A stretch of DNA of 64,000 nt from a virus: positions 1 through 64,000 of the IMG/VR virus record IMGVR_UViG_3300025161_000006; one strand, written 5' to 3'. The position numbers and the translations under genes are program-made. The notes under the pieces were generated by a model that was not told the origin of the DNA, ran no database searches, and was given only the letters and a program-made list of their open reading frames with translations. This document shows positions 6,928-17,464 of the stretch, in pieces (position 1 is the stretch's first letter; every line of letters starts with the position of its first letter).

Positions 6928-9450
6928 ATGGCTAAAACACCTGCAATAATTAGTCCAAACAATACTAGTCTTACATACTTTCCTTCACAGAAGAGAAAGG
7001 ATGCAGAAAAGACTACAGACTTCTTCAAGCAATGCATTGATGCTGGAGCATCTCTTGTAACCTATGGTGGACTATATAATAGTTCAGGGGTGAGAAGCAC
7101 AAAGAGAGAAAAGCTTATTAACTATAACCTTATTAATGGTATCATTGAAAAAGCTGAGATTGAGAGAATAACTAACCCACTGAGATTACAGGATGTATAC
7201 TTTCCTACTGTATATAGAAACTACCCTATCCTGAGTGATAACATTCAGCTACTTTGTGGAGAAGAAAGAAACAGGTTGATAGTACCTCATGTCACTGTGA
7301 TTAATAGTGATATAGTTAATCAGAAGCTTGAGAGAGTAAATCAAGAGTTCATGCAATATCTCTTTCAGACTTTACAGAAAGAAGCTTATGATGAAGAAAA
7401 AGTTAAGAAAGACATTCAGGATATAGTGCAATGGAGTAAATCCAGATATCTTGACAGAAGAGAAAAGATGGCTCAGGATACTCTGGACTATTTATTCAAA
7501 ACTCAGATGTTACGGGAAGAGTTTAGTCGTGGATTTAAAGACTTGCTCATAGTAGCAGAAGAGATTTATATTATTGATGTTATTGGTGGTGAGCCTATCC
7601 TCAGAAAGGCTAATCCCAATAGTATATTTACACTACGTAGTGGAGATTCCTGGAAGATTGAAGATTCAGATATTATTGTTGAAGAAAGTTACCTACCCAT
7701 AGGTGAAGTTATTGATAGATACTATGAGTATCTAACTCCTCAGCAGATTAAGCAGATAGAAGAGGGACAGAAGCTCACTGCGGGACTTGTAGCTAGCCTG
7801 AGCATGGGTAAGTCCACAGATGTTAATCTTGATGCTTATGTACAACAGATGGGACTTGGTAATCTTGTTACAGCTACAGCAAGCAATACAGGAGTATTCA
7901 GTGGTAATTATGATGCACAGGGTAATATTCGAGTTATACGTACTGTATGGAAAGGCATGAGACAGATAGGTGTGCTTGAGTATTTTGATGAGGCAGGAGA
8001 TAGACTTAAAAAGCTTGTTCCTGAAGGATATCCTGTCAGAGAAGAACTTGGTGAAGTAGTCACATGGTATTGGGTTAGTGAATGGTATGAAGGTACAAAG
8101 ATTGGCAATGACATATACATTAAGATGCAGCCCTGTGATATTCAGATGAGACATATGGATAATATATCCAGGTCTTCTCCAGGTATTGTGGGTACTATCA
8201 TGAATACTAATGCATCTAAGGCACGTTCATTAGTTGATATGGGCAAAGACTATCAATATCTATTCAATGCCTTTATGCATAAGTTACTTGACTTGTTCAT
8301 TAAGTCTAAGGGAAGAATAGGTAAGCTCCCTCTTCATCTGATGCCTCCAGGATGGAATATGGATAAGATTATGTACTATGCAGAATATCTTGGATGGCTA
8401 CCTATAGATGCTTTTAATGAAGGCAATGTAGGTGCAGCTACAGGTAAGCTTGCTGGTACTATGAATGAGAGTTCTTCTGTCATTGACCTGTCATTTGCTC
8501 AGGAGATAAGTCAGACATTTGTTATTCTTGACTTCATAAAGAGACAACTTGATAATCTGTGTGGTATAACACCACAAAGAAGAGGAGCAATAGATAACAG
8601 AGAAACTGTTGGTGGGGTAGAGAGGTCTATTGTTCAATCTTCTCTCTCTACAGAAGAGTGGTTCTCTGTGCATGAGAATACCATATCAAGAGCTTTGAGA
8701 GCTTTACTTGAAGCTGCTAAGGTAGCATGGAAAGACAAGTCATTCAAACGTCAATATGCTCTTGATGATGGTTCTATGGCAATACTTGACTTTGACTGGG
8801 AGATGTTTGTAGAGAGTGAGTATGGTGTAGATGTATCTGGTTCTTCTTCAGACTCTCTTATGCTCAGGACCATGCAATCTATGGTACCTCAGCTTATTAA
8901 TAAAGGTGCTCCTCTATCACTTATACTTGACCTTTATAGAACCAAGAACCCCGCTGCTCTACAGAAGAAGATTGAAGAATATGAAGCTAGAGTAGAGGCA
9001 GCTCAGCAGCAAGAGATGCAGCTTAGGAAGCAAGAGCTTGATGACGCGATGGCTCGCCAGCAAGCTATATTACAGCAAGAGCTTGATATTAAGAATAGGG
9101 AGCTAGACCTTGAACAATACAAGATTGATATGCAAGCTCAGATAGACCTTGAGATAGCAGCTATGCAAGCAAATAAAGATTATGCTGTATCTGAAGGTAG
9201 AAAAGGTATAAATGATGAGATAAAGAAGCAAGAGATTATTAACAAGGAATTTAGAGATAAGCAGGCGGCTTTACGTGCTGAAAGAGAGCAAGCAATTAAA
9301 CTTCAGATTGAAGCAAGGAAGTTACAGCTTAAAGCTGATGAGATAGCAGCAAAGGAGAGGTTGCAAAGGATGAAGGATGATGCTGCCATGCAAAGGGAAA
9401 GGTTAAAAGCTGAAACTTCTTTAAAGAATAAAGTATCAGGAGAGAAATAA
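6928..9450 (+). CDS. Portal protein (likely start MAKTP at 6928)
   Basis: Follows TerL; crAss portal-like GITPQRRGAI..RETVGGVERS; long C-terminal coiled coil. Confidence 0.9.
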   Translation: MAKTPAIISPNNTSLTYFPSQKRKDAEKTTDFFKQCIDAGASLVTYGGLYNSSGVRSTKREKLINYNLINGIIEKAEIERITNPLRLQDVYFPTVYRNYPILSDNIQLLCGEERNRLIVPHVTVINSDIVNQKLERVNQEFMQYLFQTLQKEAYDEEKVKKDIQDIVQWSKSRYLDRREKMAQDTLDYLFKTQMLREEFSRGFKDLLIVAEEIYIIDVIGGEPILRKANPNSIFTLRSGDSWKIEDSDIIVEESYLPIGEVIDRYYEYLTPQQIKQIEEGQKLTAGLVASLSMGKSTDVNLDAYVQQMGLGNLVTATASNTGVFSGNYDAQGNIRVIRTVWKGMRQIGVLEYFDEAGDRLKKLVPEGYPVREELGEVVTWYWVSEWYEGTKIGNDIYIKMQPCDIQMRHMDNISRSSPGIVGTIMNTNASKARSLVDMGKDYQYLFNAFMHKLLDLFIKSKGRIGKLPLHLMPPGWNMDKIMYYAEYLGWLPIDAFNEGNVGAATGKLAGTMNESSSVIDLSFAQEISQTFVILDFIKRQLDNLCGITPQRRGAIDNRETVGGVERSIVQSSLSTEEWFSVHENTISRALRALLEAAKVAWKDKSFKRQYALDDGSMAILDFDWEMFVESEYGVDVSGSSSDSLMLRTMQSMVPQLINKGAPLSLILDLYRTKNPAALQKKIEEYEARVEAAQQQEMQLRKQELDDAMARQQAILQQELDIKNRELDLEQYKIDMQAQIDLEIAAMQANKDYAVSEGRKGINDEIKKQEIINKEFRDKQAALRAEREQAIKLQIEARKLQLKADEIAAKERLQRMKDDAAMQRERLKAETSLKNKVSGEK

Positions 9451-9453
9451 ACT

Positions 9454-12048
9454 ATGGCAGGTGAGGATGTAAAAATACTTACTACTACAGGCAATAAGGC
9501 CATAAGAGTAGGCAAGGATGCTACACTGCTTCCTATGCCTCTTAGTGTTTTGCATAGTGCAATCTCTAATGCAGTAGGGTCATATATTCCTTTAGTACCT
9601 GGTGCAGTTGCTGGTAATTTTCCTGTGCTGGCAACTGATGGGTCACTTACCAGTAGTTCTTACTCACCATCATCTTTTTCTCTATCTGCACATAATCATG
9701 ATGATAGGTATTATACTAAAACACAATTACAAACTCCAGGGCAAGCACAGGTACATTGGGGTAATCTAACCAATATAGGTATTCAATCTGATATCTTATA
9801 TTGGGACCTGGCTACTTTCAAGTATATGCCATATTCTTCCAAGCAATCTTCCCTGGTACATTTCTATACTGGTACAACCAACCCTGATAATACTACAAGG
9901 CTTAATTTGGATGCTTCTCTATATAGTACATCTCTTACTTCAATAGGAGACATTACAGCAGATAGTATTACCAGTAGAACAATTAGTTACTCTTCTGGAT
10001 TGGTAGGTTCAGGTTATAAGTTATGGAAGGATAGTAATAATTTGTATAACTTAGAACTAGACAAGCTCAGTGTGAGGGGTACAATGAATGTATTTGAGTT
10101 AAGAGTAAACAAGTACCGAGCCACTAATGGAGCTTTGTTAGTTTCAGATACTGTCAAAGCTTATGAAGGATTATTGTGGGATTCTGGAATTTCTAAATAC
10201 TACTTTACCGTAGAAAGTGCTGGAGAGATTACAGTAAGTACTAATGACCTTATCTGGGCACAGGAATTTAATGGCAATGATGTAACGCAGTACAGATACA
10301 AAGTATACTCAACTAACACTTCAACCAAACGTATTTACGTAGTAAATCCCGATGGCTCCACTCCTACCCAGGTTAACATAGCAGGAAAAGACTTTGTGAG
10401 GTTTGGTAATACTACTGATAGTTCAAGAAGGTCATTTGTTTTGCTCAATGCTTCAAGTTCAGACTTTGCCAAGCCTGTTATAGAAGTATGGGATGGAGTT
10501 AACTCTTTTACCTTTAATCAATCTACCCAGCTTAAAGCAAGGATGGGTAATTTACAGGGATTGACTTTTAATGGACAGGCTATTTCAGGATATGGGTTTT
10601 GGAGTAATCTGGCTTATCTGGAAGGAGCAGTTAATGCTACATCAGGTAAGATAGGTAACTGGAATATTAGTGGAGGGTATTTAAGTGCTTCAGACTCTAA
10701 TGGTTCTATTTCAGTAGGACAGGAAATAAATCTGTATGATTCTTCAGGTATTCAAAGGATAAATATTTGGAAGGGTAATATTGGTGGGGTAAGTTATTTT
10801 ACAGGAGGTTCAAGTCTAGCCTGGACTGGGACCAATGCTATTGATTATACCACAAATACTCATGCTCTTACCAGTTTTACTAACTTATCTAATCCACCTT
10901 ACTATATACAATCCCAATCAACTTTAAATGATAATATTATAAAAACTTATACTTCTTTACAGACACCTTCATATCATATAGAGGTTGCAGCTAATAAGAT
11001 ATATTCATTCTCTTATAAGCTGAGAATTTACATTTCTTATACCCTGGATGCTGATGACACTAATAACACAGATGGTCTAACCTACGTTAATTATATTAAC
11101 GGTTGGTACCAAATAACTGCCACCGTTTATGTCTATAATAGTAGTAATACACTGCTTGGTTCAAGTTCAGTAACCTCACCTCAATTTGCTCCACAAAATG
11201 GTAGTGGCTATCCTAACTATGTTGATGTAGCTGTTAATCTTAATCTGGGTACTATCACTACATCACAGGTGTATTTTAAGATTGTTTATTCCATTACTAA
11301 TAGTGTGAATGAAAGAAGGGAGAATACTGTTTGGAAGTATCTGGGAGGAAATGACTGGGTAGAAGATTATGAGTACACTTCCTATCATAACCTGACTATC
11401 ACTTACAATGTATGTGCTTATGAAGTTTACTTAAGAGGAGTATCAGGAGGATTTGTTCAAATAGGGAAGTCAGGATTCCAAAATATTAAGGATGACACTC
11501 ATTATTGGAGAACTGACCAAACTGATGCTTCTTATATGATGGATGTATATGGGCTGGTAAGATTTAGAAGTGATAGTGAAAGTTTTCCTATGTACATTAT
11601 AAGAAACTATAACTCTGATAATCCAGTTTTGTTGTTGCACCAATATGCTTTATCTTCTGGCACTTGCAAGGTTATTTCTTTCAAGGCAAGTAGTGCAGGT
11701 AATGATAAGGGATACATACAATGTAATATAGATACAGGAACTCTGTCTTTTGTGAGTTCTTCGGATGAGAGATTAAAGGAAGATATTACTGAGGCTACAC
11801 TGGATGCATTGAGCATTATTAAAGCTGCCCCACTGAAGGAATTTACCTTTAAGGATACAAAGACAAGAAGTATGGGATGGATTGCTCAGGATATGCTTGA
11901 GGTATATCCAGCAGCTGTGGCTAATGTAGAAGGATATAAAGAGAAAGGTGAATATCTTGGCGTAGCTAAGGATTACCTTATAGAAATACTGTGGAGAGCA
12001 GTACAACAATTAATTGATAAAGTTGAACAATTAAACACTAAAATTTAA
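9454..12048 (+). CDS. Tail fibre/spike with C-terminal S74 intramolecular chaperone
   Basis: HNHDDRYY knot, S/T/G/N-rich beta body, SSDERLKEDI...GWIAQD...P.AV followed by a coiled coil. Confidence 0.85.
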   Translation: MAGEDVKILTTTGNKAIRVGKDATLLPMPLSVLHSAISNAVGSYIPLVPGAVAGNFPVLATDGSLTSSSYSPSSFSLSAHNHDDRYYTKTQLQTPGQAQVHWGNLTNIGIQSDILYWDLATFKYMPYSSKQSSLVHFYTGTTNPDNTTRLNLDASLYSTSLTSIGDITADSITSRTISYSSGLVGSGYKLWKDSNNLYNLELDKLSVRGTMNVFELRVNKYRATNGALLVSDTVKAYEGLLWDSGISKYYFTVESAGEITVSTNDLIWAQEFNGNDVTQYRYKVYSTNTSTKRIYVVNPDGSTPTQVNIAGKDFVRFGNTTDSSRRSFVLLNASSSDFAKPVIEVWDGVNSFTFNQSTQLKARMGNLQGLTFNGQAISGYGFWSNLAYLEGAVNATSGKIGNWNISGGYLSASDSNGSISVGQEINLYDSSGIQRINIWKGNIGGVSYFTGGSSLAWTGTNAIDYTTNTHALTSFTNLSNPPYYIQSQSTLNDNIIKTYTSLQTPSYHIEVAANKIYSFSYKLRIYISYTLDADDTNNTDGLTYVNYINGWYQITATVYVYNSSNTLLGSSSVTSPQFAPQNGSGYPNYVDVAVNLNLGTITTSQVYFKIVYSITNSVNERRENTVWKYLGGNDWVEDYEYTSYHNLTITYNVCAYEVYLRGVSGGFVQIGKSGFQNIKDDTHYWRTDQTDASYMMDVYGLVRFRSDSESFPMYIIRNYNSDNPVLLLHQYALSSGTCKVISFKASSAGNDKGYIQCNIDTGTLSFVSSSDERLKEDITEATLDALSIIKAAPLKEFTFKDTKTRSMGWIAQDMLEVYPAAVANVEGYKEKGEYLGVAKDYLIEILWRAVQQLIDKVEQLNTKI

Positions 12049-12053
12049 GAACT

Positions 12054-12374
12054 ATGGACACAATAAACATTAGGAGAGGTAATAAGGTTGTAATACCTAT
12101 AACTTTTAAAGATGCTGATGGTAATGCTATAGACATTACTGGAGGAACTGTAACTTTCACTGTTAAGGCACCAGGTGCTAATGCTAATGCAATACAGAAA
12201 GTTATAACCACATTCTCTGACCCAACACACGGTAAGTGTGATGTAACTCTTGAGACTACAGATACAAGTCAACTCTGGGAAGGAAGGTATTTCTATGACG
12301 TTAAGCTTGTAACTTCATCAATCAATGAGAATACTGATATTGGTATACTTAATGTTACTGTACCACTGAGCTAA
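12054..12374 (+). CDS. BppU-like Ig-fold fibre-associated protein
   Basis: IRRGN...D.DG.AIDITG.TV.FTVK...GRYFYDV pattern. Confidence 0.65.
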   Translation: MDTINIRRGNKVVIPITFKDADGNAIDITGGTVTFTVKAPGANANAIQKVITTFSDPTHGKCDVTLETTDTSQLWEGRYFYDVKLVTSSINENTDIGILNVTVPLS

Positions 12375-12385
12375 ATCTTACAACT

Positions 12386-13633
12386 ATGGGTATCAATGTT
12401 TTAATAAAAGACAATGCTATGGATGCAATTATAGGACAAACAGGAGTAGCTGCCTCTATTGGAGTGCAGCAAATAGGTATGAGTGCAGACAAATGGTGGC
12501 ATCATCCCGAGTGGGTTGATGTCTCGGATGTTGCCAACAATGAAATAAACTTACTTGTTGGAGATTTTAGTGTAGCAGCAGTTGCATTTCAGGTAAATGT
12601 TGCCAGCTCAGGCACTTACTATGTTGATTGGGGAGATGGTACTCAAACCTCTCATTCTTCTAACACAATAGCTCAGCATCAGTATGTTGTGGGTTCAGGC
12701 AAGCCTTGTTCTTTGGGTTATTCGACGTATAAGATAAGGATATGGGCGAGTAATACAATTACTTATTTTGCCGCTAAAGCACCAACTAACTATGTGTCTT
12801 ATTCATCAAATATGGTACTTCCCATCTTAGAGGCTTATTTTGGCACAACTGGGCTTACAGCACTTAATTCTGGTTTTGGTCAAACAATATCACTTGTTGC
12901 ACTTATTTTGCCAGATAGTCTTCTTTCTTGCAGTAATTTTGATTCAATGTGTTATTGTGTATGTAATTTAAAATACGTTAAAATGCCAATTAATACTTAC
13001 TCAAATGCAAGTTTTGGGTATGTATTCTTTAATTGTTATAGTTTGGAAAAGACTACACTAACCAATGTAACTTTACGTACTTCTATATTTGCTTATAATT
13101 ATAATTTAAAAGCGGTAAATTTTTCCAACTGTACACTTGGTAATGATGCATCATATTTATTTCATTCTACTCCGCAACTTAAAGAAGTAACATTACCATA
13201 CGGGCAGAATGTAACAAGTGCAGCAAGTATGTTTAATTTATCTGCCGTTCAGCAAATAAATAATTTAGAAAATCTGGGTAGTAGAACAACCGATGTAGAT
13301 TTTACTAATTTTTCTGCAGGTTCACCAACGCCACAAAACAAAACTTACAATATCTATGCAAGAATTTCGAGAATAGATATTAAAGGAGTTAATTCAAGTA
13401 ATATGAATGGCGCAGAAGTAGTAAGGCTTTACAACGCTGCAAGTTCAGGATTTGGCGGAGCATCACCGCAAGTAGATGTAAGCTACACCAAGATGAGTGC
13501 CACTGCGCTGAATGACCTGTTTGGCGACTTACCTACAATAAGTGGAAAGACTATTAAGATAACTGGGGCACTGGGAGCTGGTTCTTGCAATACAAGTATT
13601 GCAACAAGTAAGGGATGGACAGTGGTTAACTAA
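12386..13633 (+). CDS. Putative receptor-binding protein: PKD-like domain plus BspA/DUF285-like leucine-rich repeats
   Basis: YYVDWGDG..HQY; repeats such as F.NCYSLEK, LFHSTPQLKEV; C-terminal IATSKGWTV. Confidence 0.7.
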   Translation: MGINVLIKDNAMDAIIGQTGVAASIGVQQIGMSADKWWHHPEWVDVSDVANNEINLLVGDFSVAAVAFQVNVASSGTYYVDWGDGTQTSHSSNTIAQHQYVVGSGKPCSLGYSTYKIRIWASNTITYFAAKAPTNYVSYSSNMVLPILEAYFGTTGLTALNSGFGQTISLVALILPDSLLSCSNFDSMCYCVCNLKYVKMPINTYSNASFGYVFFNCYSLEKTTLTNVTLRTSIFAYNYNLKAVNFSNCTLGNDASYLFHSTPQLKEVTLPYGQNVTSAASMFNLSAVQQINNLENLGSRTTDVDFTNFSAGSPTPQNKTYNIYARISRIDIKGVNSSNMNGAEVVRLYNAASSGFGGASPQVDVSYTKMSATALNDLFGDLPTISGKTIKITGALGAGSCNTSIATSKGWTVVN

Positions 13634-13645
13634 AAAATTACAATT

Positions 13646-14200
13646 ATGAAAGCAAAGGTTATAAGGAATCAAGACGGCCAGTATTATGACATATTTACTG
13701 GAAGAAAAGCTGTACTACTCACTGCTGAATATGCTGTATATGGAAACTTAGAAGGGTGGTTAGATTTTAGTAATGAACAAGAGGCATGTAAATTTTTTGG
13801 ACTTGTTAGAGTAAATAACGAATCAGCTACTCTGTTAACTCCAGAAAAAAGTACAGATGTTCCGCAGAATTCATTCATCACATATGTTCTACAAAGTGAA
13901 TGCCCAATAGGTAGTATGGTAAGAACTGCTTATTGGTGTGGCGATATAAGTGCCTCTAACAATTATTTTAGGATTGACTTTCTTGTTAAGCATGAAGGGC
14001 ATCCAGAATTAGATAAGTGGATATATACGTATATTGATAAGCTTACAACCATAATCAACCCTACTACTGGTGAGCCAGTGAATGAGTATGACTTCTTTTA
14101 TACTATGGTCCAGCAAGGAGTACCCTTTTTGGATATTATTGCTTATGGTTTGCAGAAGGCTGATTTGGATGGAACAATTAATAAACGACTTTATTCTTAA
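13646..14200 (+). CDS. Hypothetical fibre-associated protein
   Basis: Directly follows the RBP; N-terminal GWLDFSNEQEA..FFGL resembles small fibre-partner proteins. Confidence 0.6.
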   Translation: MKAKVIRNQDGQYYDIFTGRKAVLLTAEYAVYGNLEGWLDFSNEQEACKFFGLVRVNNESATLLTPEKSTDVPQNSFITYVLQSECPIGSMVRTAYWCGDISASNNYFRIDFLVKHEGHPELDKWIYTYIDKLTTIINPTTGEPVNEYDFFYTMVQQGVPFLDIIAYGLQKADLDGTINKRLYS

Positions 14201-14215
14201 TACATGAAAAGTTTG

Positions 14216-14223
14216 TATATTTG
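14216..14223 (+). promoter_or_regulatory. Bacteroidota -7 element
   Basis: TATATTTG, intergenic, upstream of ATG 14260. Confidence 0.5.
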
Positions 14224-14259
14224 GTGCCTATTATATGTCTAATTAATAATCATACACTT

Positions 14260-14580
14260 ATGACAGTAAATTTAAATCTAAAAGACAGGCTTACTATGAT
14301 AGAACTCCTTCCTAAGCAGGGGGATATCATTACCATGATGCTTGTAAAGAACCTGTTAAGTAGGTTAGACTTTAGCTCAGAAGAGATTAAAGAGTTTGAG
14401 CTAAGGGTTGAGGAAGATTCTATTCGGTGGAATCCTGAGAAAGGAGATGCTGAAAAAGCAGTAGAGATTAGTGATGCAGAACTTAAGGTTGTAATGGATG
14501 GAATTGATGCTCTTGATAAAGAGAAGAAGATACCTATCAGTATGATAGACTTAATTTCAAAACTCAAAGCACTTAAGTAA
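14260..14580 (+). CDS. Hypothetical protein (likely start MTVNL at 14260)
   Basis: ORF with an A-rich start context downstream of a promoter motif. Confidence 0.7.
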   Translation: MTVNLNLKDRLTMIELLPKQGDIITMMLVKNLLSRLDFSSEEIKEFELRVEEDSIRWNPEKGDAEKAVEISDAELKVVMDGIDALDKEKKIPISMIDLISKLKALK

Positions 14581-14582
14581 CA

Positions 14583-14614
14583 TTTGGTTTATTTGATATA
14601 TTGTAGTAAATTTG
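14583..14614 (+). promoter_or_regulatory. Consensus Bacteroidota promoter for scaffold/MCP
   Basis: TTTG (14583-14586), 20-nt spacer, TAAATTTG (14607-14614). Confidence 0.8.
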
Positions 14615-14635
14615 TCACAAAATAAACGTATAGTT

Positions 14636-15874
14636 ATGGCAGATACCAAAGACAAAAATGCCGATACTTTAGGTATTGACTTCTCAGCCCTCATGGCTGA
14701 TGATAGTGTAACAGTTGATAGTAGTAAGACTGTTGATGATGACCACGCTCAGGTAGCTAAAGCAGCTAAAGATGCTAATAAAGATGCTCCTGAAGATATT
14801 GATGTAAACAAGGTTCTTGCTAACATGCTTGGTGATAAGGAAGAAGAACCTACTAAGCCTGAGGACAAAAAAGCTGCTGCACCTAAAGTAGATGATACTT
14901 TAGATGATAAAGCAGATAAATCTAAAGATACTAAGAAAGTAGATACAGGTGATGAGCCTTTTGCTCTTACCTTCGCTAAGTATCAATATGAACAGGGAGT
15001 TATCTCTGAGGTTGATGAAGAAACTATTAAAAAGATTGCTGAAGAAGAAGGTGAGGCTGCTGCTGTATCTTATGTTATAGCACATGAGCTTGATATTAAC
15101 AGAGCTCAGCTTCTTGAACATTACAATGAGCAATTCAATAAATTTGTTGAGCTTACAGAAGGAGGAGTTCCCCATGAAGAAGCTGCTGATATTGTTAAGC
15201 TTACTTCTCAGATAACCAGTATAACTCCTGAAGACCTTAAAGGTGATGATAAGGAAGACTTGCGAAGAAGCATCCTTACTGCTTACTATAAAAATACTAT
15301 GGTAGGAGCTTCTGATGCTAAAATCAAGAAGATTGTTGACAATCATATTGCTCTATCTGAAGATGTTGAGGAAGCTACTAATGCTCTTGAAGAACTTAAG
15401 GCTATTGCTAAGAAAAAAGAAGAAGAGGCTATCATTGCTGCAAAGCAAAGAGAAGAAGCTTATAAACAGTCTATACAGCAATATGTTGAGTCTGTTAAGA
15501 AAACTGTTGGTGAAATAGATGAGATTATTCCAGGACAGAGAATTAATAAGCAGACCAGGCAAAAGATGGAAGAGCTTATTCTTAAACCTCATACTACAGA
15601 TGCTCAAGGTAGAGCTTTGAATGGCATATGGGCTAAGCGCGCTGAGAATCCCCAGAAGTTTGATGCTATTCTTGCCTATATGGTTGCTACAGGAGCATTC
15701 GATGGTAAATGGAATAAAGTAGCTGATGTAAAGAAATCAAAGGTGGTAGATGAACTTGAAGAACACCTTAAAAGAAAATCATATACTTCATCCCTTGGTA
15801 GTAGTGCTACAAAGAGGGGTGAGGATATTGATGGAAGAGACTATCTTGAAAGTATGAAGAAAGTCTTTTCATAA
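14636..15874 (+). CDS. Probable capsid scaffolding protein (likely start MADTK at 14636)
   Basis: Acidic disordered N-terminus, coiled coil, immediately upstream of MCP. Confidence 0.7.
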   Translation: MADTKDKNADTLGIDFSALMADDSVTVDSSKTVDDDHAQVAKAAKDANKDAPEDIDVNKVLANMLGDKEEEPTKPEDKKAAAPKVDDTLDDKADKSKDTKKVDTGDEPFALTFAKYQYEQGVISEVDEETIKKIAEEEGEAAAVSYVIAHELDINRAQLLEHYNEQFNKFVELTEGGVPHEEAADIVKLTSQITSITPEDLKGDDKEDLRRSILTAYYKNTMVGASDAKIKKIVDNHIALSEDVEEATNALEELKAIAKKKEEEAIIAAKQREEAYKQSIQQYVESVKKTVGEIDEIIPGQRINKQTRQKMEELILKPHTTDAQGRALNGIWAKRAENPQKFDAILAYMVATGAFDGKWNKVADVKKSKVVDELEEHLKRKSYTSSLGSSATKRGEDIDGRDYLESMKKVFS

Positions 15875-15909
15875 CTCTATTGGTTTAACCTTTTTAATAC
15901 GTAACTAAA

Positions 15910-17400
15910 ATGAATGTTAGTAAATTACAAATTGTAGAACCCAAATATTGGAGTGGGCTTACTAGGGAAGCTCACCTTGGCTGGTTGGGTATGCGTGAAC
16001 CTCAGTTCATTAACAATGTGATTGAACGCTTGTATGAAGTTAACTATGGTGCTGATAACTTTGTCAGCCTGATAGAAAAGCTTCCTGTGTTCTATATCAA
16101 TGAAGATGCTCCTTTCAGGTGGAGGATTCAAGGCACTGAAGAAAGAAATATTCCCCTTGTCAAAGCTGCTCTTACCCCCACTGGTAACCAGGTTGCTTCA
16201 ACTGACCGTGCTGGATTGAACCGCTCAAGGTTCTATATGTGGTTTGGAGAAAAGTATTTTGATGTAACCTCAGTAATTGTTGGTGAGCGTCCTGATGCTT
16301 TCTCTCTGCGTGTTGTTGATGAACCTGTGCTTGATGGTAGCCTGTATAGGTATACTGTTGAGCTTGTGACAGGTGATGACACGCTGTTTGTTCCTTATTC
16401 TGACCTTGCTGTTGGAACCAGATGGAGTGAAGAATATGGTCTTGTCGAGCAGGAGCTCTCTGTTCGTGGTAACTCAGTGCACCATGCAGCTCCTTACATC
16501 CTGGAAAATACTGTGTCTGCTATCCGCAAGAACTATGATGTTCCGGGTAATATGATTACTGCCGGTAAGAATGCACCCCTTGCATTTGCCTTTGTTGATG
16601 ACACTGGTAAAGTACAAACCCGCTGGATTGATAAGCTTGGCTGGGACTTTATGGTGCAGTTCAGGCGTGATAAAGCTCGTCTGCTCCTGTATGGAAAATC
16701 TAACAAGCTCATGGACAACAGTGGCTATGGTAATAAGGGAGAAACAGGAAATACCATTCGTGCTGGCTTTGGACTGTATGAACAGATGGATGGCTCTAAT
16801 GTTCTCTATTACAATGACTTTAGCCTTGATGGCCTGACTGACTTTGCAATGGATATTACCACTGGTAAGTTCCGTGAAGATAGTCGTAGATTTGTCCTTT
16901 CAACTGGTGAACGTGGTGCTTACCTGTTCCATAAGAAAGCTGCTGATAAAGCATCTGGTCTTACCTGGTTGAAGAGCGACCATAACATTATTGTAGCTAA
17001 TGGGCGTGTAACCCTGGATGAAGGTCAGTTCCTTGAATATGTGTCTGTCAATGGCATCAGGTTTGAAGTTATGATTGACCCAACCAAGGATGACCCTGTA
17101 CGTAACAAGATTATGCATCCTCTTGGAGGGCTTGCTTCTTCCTATATCTTTGATATCTTTGACTTTGGAACTACCGATGGTAAACCCAACGCTCAGAGAG
17201 TGCTTGTCAAAGATAATGAAGAGTTCTTTGGTTATATTCCTGGCTTGAGAGACCCCTTCTCACCGTATAACAATCTGACTGAACCCAGGATGATGGCTTC
17301 ACCTAAAGATGGGTATTCAGTGTACAAGATGTTTATTGGTGGAATTATGCTTCGTAATCCTCTGAAGACAGGACGTATGATTCCTGCAATTCTCAGGTAA
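15910..17400 (+). CDS. Major capsid protein (crAss-type HK97 fold)
   Basis: WSGLTREAHLG N-terminus, GNKGETG..IRAGFGL.EQ, FVLSTGERG..FH, YIPGLRDPF; codon bias of a highly expressed gene. Confidence 0.9.
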   Translation: MNVSKLQIVEPKYWSGLTREAHLGWLGMREPQFINNVIERLYEVNYGADNFVSLIEKLPVFYINEDAPFRWRIQGTEERNIPLVKAALTPTGNQVASTDRAGLNRSRFYMWFGEKYFDVTSVIVGERPDAFSLRVVDEPVLDGSLYRYTVELVTGDDTLFVPYSDLAVGTRWSEEYGLVEQELSVRGNSVHHAAPYILENTVSAIRKNYDVPGNMITAGKNAPLAFAFVDDTGKVQTRWIDKLGWDFMVQFRRDKARLLLYGKSNKLMDNSGYGNKGETGNTIRAGFGLYEQMDGSNVLYYNDFSLDGLTDFAMDITTGKFREDSRRFVLSTGERGAYLFHKKAADKASGLTWLKSDHNIIVANGRVTLDEGQFLEYVSVNGIRFEVMIDPTKDDPVRNKIMHPLGGLASSYIFDIFDFGTTDGKPNAQRVLVKDNEEFFGYIPGLRDPFSPYNNLTEPRMMASPKDGYSVYKMFIGGIMLRNPLKTGRMIPAILR

Positions 17401-17406
17401 TCTTTA

Positions 17407-17453
17407 TTGGGGATGTCTATGAGACTTAAGGTAGGTCGCACCTACCTCCCCAA
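17407..17453 (+). other. Three-way-junction RNA element after MCP
   Basis: TTGGGG..[GTCT-ATG-AGAC]..[AGGTAGGT-CGC-ACCTACCT]CCCCAA; no U-tract follows. Confidence 0.65.
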
Positions 17454-17464
17454 ACTAAACTGAT

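Noticed and set aside
12386-13633. Diversity-generating retroelement target
   Set aside because: No reverse transcriptase and no template/variable repeat pair with adenine-specific mismatches seen in this window
9454-14580. Fibre genes between portal and capsid genes as a novel rearrangement
   Set aside because: As I recall, phiCrAss001-like phages have the same arrangement
4655-17400. Introns or inteins in TerL, portal or MCP
   Set aside because: ORFs are continuous and of expected size, with no intein splice motifs or embedded endonuclease
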